Below, in pieces: positions 10,055-21,060 of a stretch of 64,000 nt of DNA. Source of the DNA: Schmidtea polychroa (Eukaryota). The translations under genes were made by a program, and so were the position numbers. The notes below the pieces were generated by a model. That model worked only from the letters and a program-made list of their open reading frames with translations, made no database searches and was not told the DNA's origin. The stretch's first letter is position 1, and each line of letters opens with the position of its first letter. The stretch lies in assembly GCA_044892525.1 (NCBI GenBank), contig CM097887.1, positions 17,670,001 through 17,734,000 on the forward strand, read 5' to 3'.

Positions 10055-12625
10055 TCAATGACAACAGATCAAATTCATGATTTCATTGATTTCTTCTTTA
10101 GTGTTGATCTTTGGCTGTCTGTTTATTATGAGAATTGCTTCTTTGATTCTGACATTTTTCTTTTGGATGTTTCCATTAGCTATGATTTCTATTGAAATAT
10201 TTTTTCTTTCTTCTGTTGGCTGACACTGCCGGAGATGTCTGCCCAACGAGGATATTCCACCAGGATCTAGATGTTCTTTAACTCTTTCGTGCAATGTCCT
10301 GAGGGTACTTCCAATGTAGATTTCATTGCATACATTGCACGTGATGCAATAGACGATGTTTTTTCTAAAGCACATATCTTTCGGTGTCTGGCAGTTTTTC
10401 ATTGTGCAATTGTTTTCTCTATTTATGTTGCCTGCCAGAGCCCTTCTCAATGTCCAAGATTTATGTGCTATCCGAATTGGAAGACCGGTACGTTTAAGTT
10501 CTTTCATGATCTTGAAGTCGAGTATGTCACTGATGAATGGGATATTCAGATAGAAATATTTCTGATTCTTTTGTGTTAATTCCCTAGATCTTCTTGGGGT
10601 AGAATTCATTTTTTCAATGTCCTCACCTTGGTATCCGTTTCGGTGTAGGATTTTATTGAAATTTGATTGCTCTTTAAAGTTTTCGTTTTTCTCCGTGCAT
10701 CGATTGGCTATTCTTCGTTTCTCGTTTCTTATGACATGTACTTCCTGTAAGTATGGAAGCGCTGATCTTTGGTGCATAAATATTTCTTTGCGAGCTGGTT
10801 TTCTGTAGAACCCGTATGTTGGAGTATTTTCTTCTATTTTGATTCTCAAATCCAATAAATTGAGGGATCCATCTTCTTCCGGATATTCGATTTCGAACTT
10901 AATATCTTGATGAGCCGCATTGAATGAATGAAATATTTCCTCCGCTTCTTTTCTGTTTTTGGTCAAGATGAAGATATCATCTACATATCTTGCATAGAAA
11001 CCGATGGGTTGTATGGTCCTCAGTGTCTGTCGTTCGAGGTTATCCATAAAGATGATTGCTAGCAGTCCTGATATGCTAGAACCCATAGGCAGACCTTTAA
11101 CTTGTTTATAGATATTTTGTTCAAAGGTAAAATAGGTGTTCTCGAGGATAACAGTAAGTAGTTTGGTGATATTCTCGGTATTCATTTCCTTTATTAACAA
11201 GTTGCTTTCTCTTAATTTCTTTTCTAAACATTGAATAGCCTCTGTTGGTTCGATAGATGTGTATAGTGATACGACATCAAGACTAAATGGGTATTGGAAT
11301 TCTCTATGACAAGTCATGTTATTATTTAGTCTTGTCATGAGGCAGTCGCTGCTTTGAAGATGGTGTGGTATCGTGTCCAATAAAGGTTTCAAGATCTTTG
11401 CAAGGAGCCAACTTGTTTTAGTTGTTGGTCCATTTTTGTTGGACACTATAGGTCTAATTTTGATACCAGGACCCTCTTTGTGAGTTTTAATTAGGTGGTA
11501 GAAGTTAGGAAGATCAGAATTTTTTGTGACGAAGCTGTTGGTTATTCTGTTGTTGAGCCTCATTTCCAAAGCTATGGCTTTCCATACTTTGTTGATCTTC
11601 ATTTCGATGGTGTTTGGTGACATGCGGCTGACTTTCTTGTATGTTTCGATGTTGCCGAGGTGTTCGTAACCAGCTTCACAGTAACGATTCTTCTCTATAA
11701 TGCAAAATTCTCCCCCCTTGTCACTTGGTAAGTAAACGTACGGTTTCTTTTTAAGGGATTTTAATATTGCCTGTTCGTCTTTTGTTAGGTTTGAGAGATA
11801 TGGTTTTCTTCTTTCCTTCTCAACTAACTCCATGATTTTGTGACAGACCTTTGAGAGTGTTGAATCTAATTCTGCATCAGGATTTGGTTGATAGAGTTTA
11901 TCTGTGTTTATGTATACTGGGAGCTGGTTTTCGCTATTTTCATTTTCATGCGGTATTGTATTGTTCCATTTGATCTGGTACGCAATGCGACAAAGAGCTG
12001 TTTTGAAATTGAGGATGGCTGCTTCATCTATTTCTCTGTTTATACTGAACTTTGGTCCTAGTGAAAGTAATCCTTTTTCACCTTTGGATAGACAATTTGT
12101 GAGGTCGGTTACTAGTTCTTTGTTCACTGTAATGCTTTCGTTTCCGTCCAGTGTTTCATTGTTCTTAACAAGGCCTGCTTTGAGCTCCTTTTTTCTCAAA
12201 AGGTGTTTGATTCTTTTGTCAAATCGCAATGAATAATGTACTTCTGCTGTCATGAAGGATTGTCTTTGTACCTCGTAGATCAATTCTTTTGGGTGGTTAT
12301 TCAAATACGTTTTCAAAATGTTTTCTTGATTCTTTTGTTCCCGATGAGTTTCTCCGTACATACTTCTAATTAAATTTGTTAAAATATAATCTTTGATGTT
12401 TTTATTTCTCTTGATGTTTTGATCTTTGTTGAGAATCTGAGGTAAGTGGATGTTATCAATTGTTGTTGGAAAGATCTTTATTTCCTTACATCGGCGAAGG
12501 AAATTTATTTGGCAGTATAATTTCGCAATTTTCTCGTTGATTCTAGCTAAATTCCGTATTTCCAAGTATTTTGCCCGGCTCAGGCCTTTTGAAAGTATAA
12601 AATGATGATTGCTTGGTAGCAGCAT
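10055..12625 (-). CDS. Penelope-like reverse transcriptase + GIY-YIG endonuclease (856 aa, uninterrupted)
   Basis: SDKGG, FYHLIKTHK, KIRPIVS, SLDVVSLYT, GLPMGS, ARYVDDIF; Cys linker CTMKNC...MC; IVYCITCNVCNEIYIGST...RVKEH; RIKEAILI...PKIN. Confidence 0.95.
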   Translation of the reverse strand: MLLPSNHHFILSKGLSRAKYLEIRNLARINEKIAKLYCQINFLRRCKEIKIFPTTIDNIHLPQILNKDQNIKRNKNIKDYILTNLIRSMYGETHREQKNQENILKTYLNNHPKELIYEVQRQSFMTAEVHYSLRFDKRIKHLLRKKELKAGLVKNNETLDGNESITVNKELVTDLTNCLSKGEKGLLSLGPKFSINREIDEAAILNFKTALCRIAYQIKWNNTIPHENENSENQLPVYINTDKLYQPNPDAELDSTLSKVCHKIMELVEKERRKPYLSNLTKDEQAILKSLKKKPYVYLPSDKGGEFCIIEKNRYCEAGYEHLGNIETYKKVSRMSPNTIEMKINKVWKAIALEMRLNNRITNSFVTKNSDLPNFYHLIKTHKEGPGIKIRPIVSNKNGPTTKTSWLLAKILKPLLDTIPHHLQSSDCLMTRLNNNMTCHREFQYPFSLDVVSLYTSIEPTEAIQCLEKKLRESNLLIKEMNTENITKLLTVILENTYFTFEQNIYKQVKGLPMGSSISGLLAIIFMDNLERQTLRTIQPIGFYARYVDDIFILTKNRKEAEEIFHSFNAAHQDIKFEIEYPEEDGSLNLLDLRIKIEENTPTYGFYRKPARKEIFMHQRSALPYLQEVHVIRNEKRRIANRCTEKNENFKEQSNFNKILHRNGYQGEDIEKMNSTPRRSRELTQKNQKYFYLNIPFISDILDFKIMKELKRTGLPIRIAHKSWTLRRALAGNINRENNCTMKNCQTPKDMCFRKNIVYCITCNVCNEIYIGSTLRTLHERVKEHLDPGGISSLGRHLRQCQPTEERKNISIEIIANGNIQKKNVRIKEAILIINRQPKINTKEEINEIMNLICCH

Positions 12626-12801
12626 TTATTATTTAAAACAATAAAATGATAATTTAAGCCTTTTGCTGCAAATAATGTATTTAATGAAAGAATTTTCGAC
12701 TATACGATAGTCCTTGTCAATCTCCTGGAATTTAGCAATGTTCTTCTTCAAAATACCCTTCAATCTTTCTTTTATTTCCTTTCTCTTAATTCTCATTGGT
12801 T

Positions 12802-13475
12802 CAATAGAAATCATAGCTAATGGAAACATCCAAAAGAAAAATGTCAGAATCAAAGAAGCAATTCTCATAATAAACAGACAGCCAAAGATCAACACTAAAG
12901 AAGAAATCAATGAAATCATGAATTTGATCTGTTGTCATTGACTTTGAGAATAACTGACAATATACAAAGAAATTAAAAAAATAAGAATAAATTAAAAAGT
13001 AATAATTAGAATAATATAGAAAAAAATTTTAAAAAATAGGGTTTGAAAATCAAAATTGACACATTTATTGAAATATTTAAATAGCATATATAAGTAGTTA
13101 TTGGAGGCTTTATTTAAAATATTTTCAAATATTTTATTAGGCTTCTAGAAGCTAATTATAGAAGCTGTAAAAAATTTAAAAATTTTAGTTTGTGTCATTT
13201 TGAAATTTTAAATGTAAAAATTATAAAAAAATTTTAAAAGTTTTTAGTAAAACAATTCATTATATTTACAACCAATGAGAATTAAGAGAAAGGAAATAAA
13301 AGAAAGATTGAAGGGTATTTTGAAGAAGAACATTGCTAAATTCCAGGAGATTGACAAGGACTATCGTATAGTCGAAAATTCTTTCATTAAATACATTATA
13401 TGCAGCAAAAGGCTTAAATTATCATTTTATTGTTTTAAATAATAAATGCTGCTACCAAGCAATCATCATTTTATA
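12802..13475 (+). repeat. Inverted full-length pseudo-LTR
   Basis: Reverse complement of 9584-10194 and of 12596-12801; encodes the last 44 aa of the ORF, the 3' UTR and the first codons (MLLPSNHH). Confidence 0.92.
13347..13385 (+). ncRNA. Candidate variant minimal type I hammerhead ribozyme in the pLTR (copies on - strand at 12686-12724, 9611-9649, partial 13563-13597)
   Basis: GAGA-TTGACAA-G-GACTATcgtATAGTC-GAA-AATT-C-TTTC: U3/A8 covariant core, 6-bp stem II, palindromic AATT stem III, short stem I. One extra G before stem II. Confidence 0.5.
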
Positions 13476-15719
13476 ATAATAATAATAATAATAATAATTA
13501 TTATTATTATTATTATAATAAAATGATAATTTAAGCCTTTTGCTGCAAATAATGTATTTAATGAAGAATTTTCGACTATACGATAGTCCTTGTCAATNNN
13601 NNNNNNNNNNNNNNNNNNNNNNNNNNNNNNNNNNNNNNNNNNNNNNNNNNNNNNNNNNNNNNNNNNNNNNNNNNNNNNNNNNNNNNNNNNNNNNNNNNNN
13701 NNNNNNNNNNNNNNNNNNNNNNNNNNNNNNNNNNNNNNNNNNNNNNNNNNNNNNNNNNNNNNNNNNNNNNNNNNNNNNNNNNNNNNNNNNNNNNNNNNNN
13801 NNNNNNNNNNNNNNNNNNNNNNNNNNNNNNNNNNNNTTAACAAATGTAAGAATGCATAATTAACTAATTAAGAAATGTGCAAAACAATTGTATAATTAAT
13901 AAATACAAGTTCAATACAAGTAATAATTAATATCTATTTGCATAGGATAAAATTCAAAATTTTCCCATTTCTGGACATAAAATTATAATTTTAAACAAAT
14001 TCATTAATTAAATATGAATGCTGTCATTGAAATAATAATTACACCCTTTCTAAGACAGGAATACCACTCAATCATTTTGTTACATTTGTTACCTCAGAAC
14101 GTCCTAAATAAGTTTCAGAAACTTTTGAGAAAATGGTAAAATTTATTGAATGTTGTTTGTTTTAATTGATGGTTTTTATTAATTAATTTTATTAATATTT
14201 TGTCATTTATTTTAGAAATATTTCTTTTTGTTGTGCATTTTCATAACAATAAATATGGCAGTCCCCAAAAAGATTAATACTTGGTACTGTGATTACTACA
14301 GTATTAGATTATATATTTCTATACAAATCAAATTCATTATTTTTAGGTGGGAAACGGTTTGATATGTATTGCAGATTTTGCTGCTCCCCTAGACGATGCA
14401 GAATAGGCAGATATTTTTTTGGTCCTAGTTATGCCTATTGTATTTAATAAATTTATATGAACATCTAATTTGGATATTTTGATGTTTTATTTTAAATGAA
14501 AATTAATTAACTCTCCCCTTGGGTTATAGAATCTGTTTTAGTATATCATTTTACAGAAACTTTTGAAATTAAAAGTAAAGTTTTTTTTTATATATTTGAT
14601 AAATTTAAACAAATAATATTATAAGAACTTTTTTTCCAATTTCACCACTGATTATTTTTTTCCATTGAATATATTAAAAAGAGAGCTTGAAGACTATAAA
14701 TCAGTAATATATCGATGTATTTTTATACTCACGAATTTTTGGCACTGCCTTTTTCAATTGAATTTGATCATTATTGCATTTAATAATTAATGTTGGGGAA
14801 AAATAAATTTATTTCATATTTAATAATAAATTTATTGGTTTAATTATATTTTAATTACCCAAATAATATTTTCTTTTTTTATATTTTATTTTATAAAAAA
14901 ACGTTTTTTTAATTTTTATATATTTTAATTTAAATTTTTGAACGCATATTTTAATATATTTTAATATAATTTTAAATTTTAAATTTTTGAACGAATCTTG
15001 TAAAATTTTGCATTTTGCTTCGTGTATGAGTGGTGCTGATTTGTGCACATTTTTCCAGTGTTCGTGATAATTGATCATTCCCTCTTATATTTTCTAAAAA
15101 GAATGTAAAAGACGTAACATAATACCTAAAGGTTTTGTAGTCACAAATAAACTCAAGTCCAATTTTCCACCCCAACAAGAAATAAAACTTATAAGCGATA
15201 AAAAAAGAAAAAGAAGGGCTAACACTCTGCATCTCAGCATGTTATAGCAGGATCAACTATTGCACCTCAAGTCCTTGTGCTCCTTTACCACTGAAAGACA
15301 CTATCTGTCGAAAGAACTCAGCTTTCTCAAACATAAACAAGATTATTCAAAATACATCCAACAAAACCAAGCTCTTAGAAACAACTCAACCTTTTATAAA
15401 CCAATGTAACTAATGCTACTTTTGAAAGTCTAAGAAGACAAGCATACCATTTGCTTGTAATTGTGTGTAATGTAGATGATGTGCAATCCATATTTTCACT
15501 ATTTGTATAATTTAATACATTATTATAATTAATTTCTAGATTAAAAAGTCCCTTAATTATTTTATTTTACAATTAATATTAAATTTTTCATGTAGTCTTT
15601 TGGAAGAGTCTCTAAATTTTGAAAATATAGTAATAGTGCCACTGATATCTCAATTATTTTCTGCATTTAGCCAGTCAAATACTTTATTAATGTTTACGTC
15701 TTTGTTGTGGAGTCTATGT

Positions 15720-16227
15720 CAGGGGTGGGGAACTTGCGGCCTCCCGGAGCTTCATGTGCGGCCTCCGGAGCCTTATTGAAATAAATCTTAATTTATATAA
15801 AAAAACCATGAATTTTGAGGATTTACAAATAAAAATACTTGTAACTACTGAACTGAATATATACCGTACTGTACAAGCATCCCGTCCAGTACAAAGAACG
15901 AAATATAAAAGTCTATCATTCACAACCAAAAATACAAAACGTATGTAGACGAATAAATAAGATTATTGAGCACTCATTTGTGAAATGATGACTTATTTGC
16001 ATCAATTTTTTCATTCAGAAATAATAAACATTTTCCAGAATATTTCGTACAGCTGCATTTTTCAAATCTGGAAACTGATTATAAACATTGCTTTAATTAC
16101 TAATTGTATATAAACAAAATATTTAAAATGAAATTAATTAATGTTAAAATACTTTTTGACTGCGGCCCCATTTGGAGGTGACAAATTTCAATGTGGCCGA
16201 TGGTAATAAAAATGTTCCCCACCTCTG
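15720..16227. mobile_element. hAT (Buster/Charlie-type) MITE
   Basis: TIRs CAGGGGTGGGGAAC / GTTCCCCACCTCTG; TSD GTCTATGT / GTCTATAC. Confidence 0.85.
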
Positions 16228-16399
16228 GTCTATACTTATTTATAGCTGTTACAACATTCTGAAATCAAAAAAATCACTTTTAGAACGAAAAGCTCTAGCA
16301 AGTATCAAGAGTGGTAGTAAATGACGACACTTTCTGCAATCGACATCAGAATTCATCATCACAATCGATCAAAAGGTAGGATCATTACTATTTTCACGA

Positions 16400-16640
16400 A
16401 GCCATCTCTCCAAAAACAAAAATGAAAATATTATCAGATAGATAATCAGCTAATTTCTAGTCGGTATTCGCGCTTCTTGTGTCGGCTATAATCATCACAA
16501 TTGATTCTCACAGGTTGAACTCCTCTAACAAATCCTGAAGTCCCTTGTATTACCCATCACACTTAATCAACTGAGCCCAACCTTAGTCTTTTAAATTTAA
16601 CTTATCATTAAAATTTGATCTTTCAACCATTATTACCCTT
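16400..16640 (-). pseudogene. Possible DNA-transposase relic
   Basis: Stop-riddled frame ...GLQDLLEEFNL*ESIVMIIADTRSANTD resembles the DLLxEWNL...FDTTASNTG motif of hAT-related transposases (recalled motif, not searched). Confidence 0.3.
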
Positions 16641-17155
16641 TGAACGACTTTAAATCGAGCATGGTTTTAAAATTTATCACTTTAATCAAACTCTTTCATT
16701 TTAAAACGACCGATTTGACCCTAAAATGACCGTATAAATGATTTTAAATAGACCTTTATGACCGTAAATGACCATGATCGCGGGTTTGTGAGGCACATTC
16801 CTCATTTTCTCATACTTATCGTTTGAATTATTTTCTTTTAAATCCCAATAAATATAATAAAACATTCTATTTTCAAAAAGAATTAAAAAAATTTTAAATT
16901 CATAAATTTTAATAATAATTTAAAATACAAACTTGTTAATAATTTTAATTTCATTATTTTACTTTTTTAAAATAAGAATAAATTAGCACATGCTGACATA
17001 GTATTAAAATTAAAAATAATAAAAATTTTAATTTAAAAAATTTTTCTAAATAATGCAAAAAAATATAATTAATTTTCAATTTTCAAAAAATCTTTTAATA
17101 TTATTAAAAAAAATAATTAATTTGTTTAAATAATTGAAATTTTATTATAATTTAA

Positions 17156-17899
17156 ATGTATTTAAACCAATTTTTCAAATTGAATTACATAATATTATTA
17201 ATCTATGAAATAATTAAATTTGCAGAGTCTGCTAACATAAATCGTCAGGATACCTACATTAACTATAAAGTCCTTCAAGGTTTTCCAATTAACGAAGACC
17301 AAACATTCAATTTTCGTTATTTATTCAAGAGGTTTGCCAATCATGACAAAAGTGACTTAGTCTTTGCGATTCACCGAAATGACTTTAAGGTTGAGAATGT
17401 CATAGTCATTACCAAGGAAAACGTTCTTTCATTCAATAAAAATGATAAACTATACATGAAGATCTTTGATTTCAAATTTGCGCCCAGTTATATCCAAGCC
17501 GAGATCCAGTGCAACAGTTATGCAAATGGAATGCATTTATCTGCATATTACTTTGAAGAAGGAAATATTGAAAACCGAGATCATTTCATTGTCAATGTAG
17601 AAAAATACCTAAATAAAAAGATTGTGACAATTCCTATAAAGGTTGTCAAAGTAGAAAATTTTCATTTTTCTCAACCGAGGTTTGCAATTTTCACTTTCAA
17701 TGATAACGTAAAGGAAATAATTTTCAATTTCCCAAAGATGAAATTGATATTCCAAATTCCTATATACGCAATTGGTTTGATCATTTTTGGGTTGATTTTG
17801 TCCATATTGTACAAATGCTCTTGCAGTGTGACATTATGGTTTCGTAAGTTAAAAAAAGAGAATACAACATTGGTTAACTCAGCGATACCCGATATCTAA
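17156..17899 (+). CDS. Orphan single-pass type I membrane protein (247 aa)
   Basis: Hydrophobic N-terminus ending FAES-A; beta-rich ectodomain; TM IPIYAIGLIIFGLILSILY; juxtamembrane CSC and basic RKLKK. Intronless, AT-rich flanks. Confidence 0.7.
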   Translation: MYLNQFFKLNYIILLIYEIIKFAESANINRQDTYINYKVLQGFPINEDQTFNFRYLFKRFANHDKSDLVFAIHRNDFKVENVIVITKENVLSFNKNDKLYMKIFDFKFAPSYIQAEIQCNSYANGMHLSAYYFEEGNIENRDHFIVNVEKYLNKKIVTIPIKVVKVENFHFSQPRFAIFTFNDNVKEIIFNFPKMKLIFQIPIYAIGLIIFGLILSILYKCSCSVTLWFRKLKKENTTLVNSAIPDI

Positions 17900-18369
17900 C
17901 GTTAAATTTCTTGTTTACTTAGACAGTAAAAGGAATTCGGACGTGATTTGTGTTTAATTAATTTTGTATATATGTAATTTATGCGGACTTTGAGGTAATT
18001 GATATAAATGATATCAACAAATTTACATGCCAATAACAGCAAGCTTATTATTAATAAATAATTATAATAATTCTAAATCAATTTTTTACTGGTTTGAATT
18101 GATTTTTTATCTTTTTTGTCTAAGGTGGAATGTTAAGCATATCTTTTTTGAATAAAAATTAGAATTCGATAGTCTTTCATTGTAATTTAAATTATCCTCA
18201 ATTCCACGTGGTGTTTTAAAGTGGTTGACAATTATTCATTTTTTGATGAAAATCATCATTTTTGTTAAATTTAGACGCTTTTTTTTCTGATTGTAATTAA
18301 AAAATATTTTTGAAGACTAATAAAAAATTATTTAAAAAGCATTTGATAAAATACAATGAAGAATATTTA

Positions 18370-18880
18370 GTTGGTTGTAAGTAGTTAGTTGTAAGTATCT
18401 AATTATTTGAGAGTTAGTTAGTACTTGGTATCTGGTACCTAGTTGGTTGCTTGTTGTTGGTTGTTAGTATATGATATCATGTTGTAAGTATTTGGTACTT
18501 ATTTGTTAGCACCTAGTTTAAATATTTAGTAGCTGGTAGTTGGTAACAGATTGTAAATAGTGTCTAGATAGTACCTAGTTGTTAGGTATCTAGTGGTTAG
18601 CTGTTTGGTAGAAGTACATAGTTGTAAGTATCTGGTTGACATTTTAGATTTTGACAAGAACATAAGAAATATTTTACTTGCTGAATTAAAAAGAGCTTAT
18701 TATAAGCAAATACTTGATGAATAAATTTTTTTTTAAGTCTTTAATTGTTATTATTTTATGTCTATGTATGTGGTTGTTAGTTTGCTTCTACTTGGTTGTT
18801 GTTAGTACATGGTACTTCGTAACTGGTTGTAAATACTTGGTATCTAGTTGTTAATACCTGGTAGTTGATGGTAACTGATT
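18370..18880. repeat. Degenerate TAGTTG/TGGTA-type low-complexity repeat
   Basis: Recurrent TAGTTG, TGGTAC, GTATCT units in two blocks. Confidence 0.6.
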
Positions 18881-19879
18881 CTTGAATTATTATTAATATT
18901 ACTATTATTATTATTATCATTAAAATTTAAATCTATATTTAACTTTAAAAATTATTTCATTAAAACTTTCATTTAAATTTGAGTTTAAAAATTAATCCAC
19001 TAAAATTTATATTAAAAATTCACTTAAAAAATATTTCATAAAAATTTCCATTTAAAATTATTTTATCAATATTTTCATTAAAAATTCAGTTAAAAAATAT
19101 TTCATTAAAATTTTCATTAAAAATCGACTCAATAAATTACTCCAAATAAATTTCCATTAAAAAATTAAATTTCTCAAAAAGTTTTGTTGTTAATAAATTC
19201 AAAAATTTTACTTTAATTTACTTATTACATTACTTTAATTTACTTATTTAAAAATTATTACTATAACTTAAAATTTTAGACCATTGATTACTTTAATTAA
19301 AAAATTTGAACCTTAATTTACCTATTTATTCTTGTTTACTTAATTTAACATTTTACACCATAATTACCTTAACAACCAAATATAACTCTTATTTTCATAA
19401 TTAACCAATAATTTCATGTGGTCATTGATTATATCACAAAAATTTGCATTAAAAATCATTTAAAATTTTCAATTCTCAAATACCGACTATTATTCTAACT
19501 TTTTGTTAATAAATTTAAAAATCTTACTATAATTTACTTATTACATTAATTTACTTTTATAATTAAATTTTTACTTGAATTTATATATATTAAAATATAT
19601 TACTTTAACTTTAAAATTTTACACCATTGATTACTTAATTTTAAAAATTAGCAATTAATTTACTTATTTATCCTTAATTTACCTATTTATCTTAATTAAC
19701 TTATCCATAATTTACTTTAATTTTGAAATTTGGACCTTAAATTACTATAATTAAATTTTTTAGACCCTTGATTTGGACCTTAATTAACTTATTTGAGCCT
19801 GTAATTTACTGTAATTCAATTTTTAGACACATAATTTACCTATTTACCATGCTTTTTTAGTGTAGACTGATATTTGTAT

Positions 19880-20924
19880 TGTTGAGGTCCGTAAATTAAA
19901 ATAAAATTTAAATGAAATTTAGGTTAATAATTTAAATAGAAAGTAAATGAAGAAAAAAGACAAATAAAAGCGGGATCATGCACAGAATCAATAGTAAAGG
20001 AAAGTGTGATGGAAGCAGTATTAGAAAATGCCAAAAGCAATTACGAAAGGCAAGAATCCGGAAATCCGAGAAAAATCAATAAATGGTAAAATCATCGAAA
20101 TCGAATTGGGAAAACGGGACAGGTATAGATTAGCTAATGGTCAACAAGATGATGATTAGGGATTTATCAGAAAATGGTTTGGAAGGGTCGAAAAGCATTC
20201 AAATGTATGAAAATAGAAAACGTTAATTAATTAATTAATTGGCTAATGGAAAACCCGACCCAATGGAGAACCCGAGAGATGAAGGAAACCCGAGCTGGGT
20301 AAACAAGAAGAAAAGCAAACAGGAGGAAGATTTGGGCCCATTAGCTTGACACAATGATTAATTGGAAAAGAGCAAGGAGAAGATAGCGCGCGTAGGAAGA
20401 CCGAAAGAGCCATTAATTATCTGGACTCGTTGGACCATTATGGGTGACAGCCGAAGCAGATACGTGGAAGCAAATGTCAAGTGAAAGATTGGCTCGGCAA
20501 TAACCATTTGTCATCCCGATTTCGAGGAGTATATAAGGAAAAGGAAAATCAGAAAAAATCGGCATTTTGCCTCAGCTAAGGTTAGAAGAAACCGAGTTAG
20601 GAATAGGCAAAACGAATTAAGGAAATTGGGAAAAGAAGACATAGAATTAGGAATACGGAAGGGTGAAAAAGAATCAAATCAAAGAGAAACCGAGGAAAAC
20701 GTGGGTCAAGAGAATCTAAAGAGACAAAAGGTGAATATTATCTATTTGCAAAGCATCAGCACCGAGCGGAGAATCGGTCAAACGTAACTTTAATTATTAA
20801 TTGCAAAGTGGTGATAACGAATTGTGAATCTATTATTTCAATATACGTTGGGTCGTTTATTGTTTTGATTTAAAGGACACGAGGAGTCAGAGGGAACCGA
20901 CTTAAAGTAATCTAAAACCCAACA
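19880..20924 (+). mobile_element. Solo LTR (copy A), 1045 bp
   Basis: TGTTG...CAACA ends; 4-bp TSD GTAT; TATATAA at ~20530; highly similar to 38529-39588; no PBS or PPT flanking. Confidence 0.85.
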
Positions 20925-21016
20925 GTATTGCAAATCTCAGGACCAAGGAGACCCCCTCACTATAGTCAAAAAAATCCTTGGCTTTTATAATGAAGAGAAA
21001 TCTTCGCGTTTCCTGC

Positions 21017-21060
21017 ATAGTACTGATGAGAGAATCAAAATCTCGAAACTAGTCCATTAT
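21017..21060 (+). ncRNA. Minimal type I hammerhead ribozyme motif
   Basis: ATAGTA-CTGATGA-GAGA(atcaaaa)TCTC-GAA-ACTAGT-C-CATTAT: canonical core, 4-bp stem II, palindromic ACTAGT stem III, GUC cleavage triplet (C21054). Stem I has 5 bp with the first pair mismatched. Confidence 0.8.

Larger units (their letters stand above)
9584..13597 (-). mobile_element. Penelope-like retroelement with direct and inverted pseudo-LTRs
   Basis: 3' pLTR 9584-10194 (-, runs into a gap); ORF; partial 5' pLTR 12596-12801 (-) containing the ATG; inverted full pLTR 12802-13475 (+); (AAT)n/(ATT)n; further partial copy 13517-13597 (-). Confidence 0.92.

Noticed and set aside
10045-10060. Selenocysteine read-through at the PLE stop (TGA CTT TGA GAA TAA)
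   Set aside because: Selenoprotein PLEs recode internal Cys positions; this ORF has no internal UGA and no convincing SECIS was seen.
14050-14410. Kinase-like exon (VGNGLICIADF)
   Set aside because: Short, interrupted by stops, and no other kinase motifs found.
18370-18880. Interstitial telomeric repeat
   Set aside because: Units are too heterogeneous to define a telomere motif.
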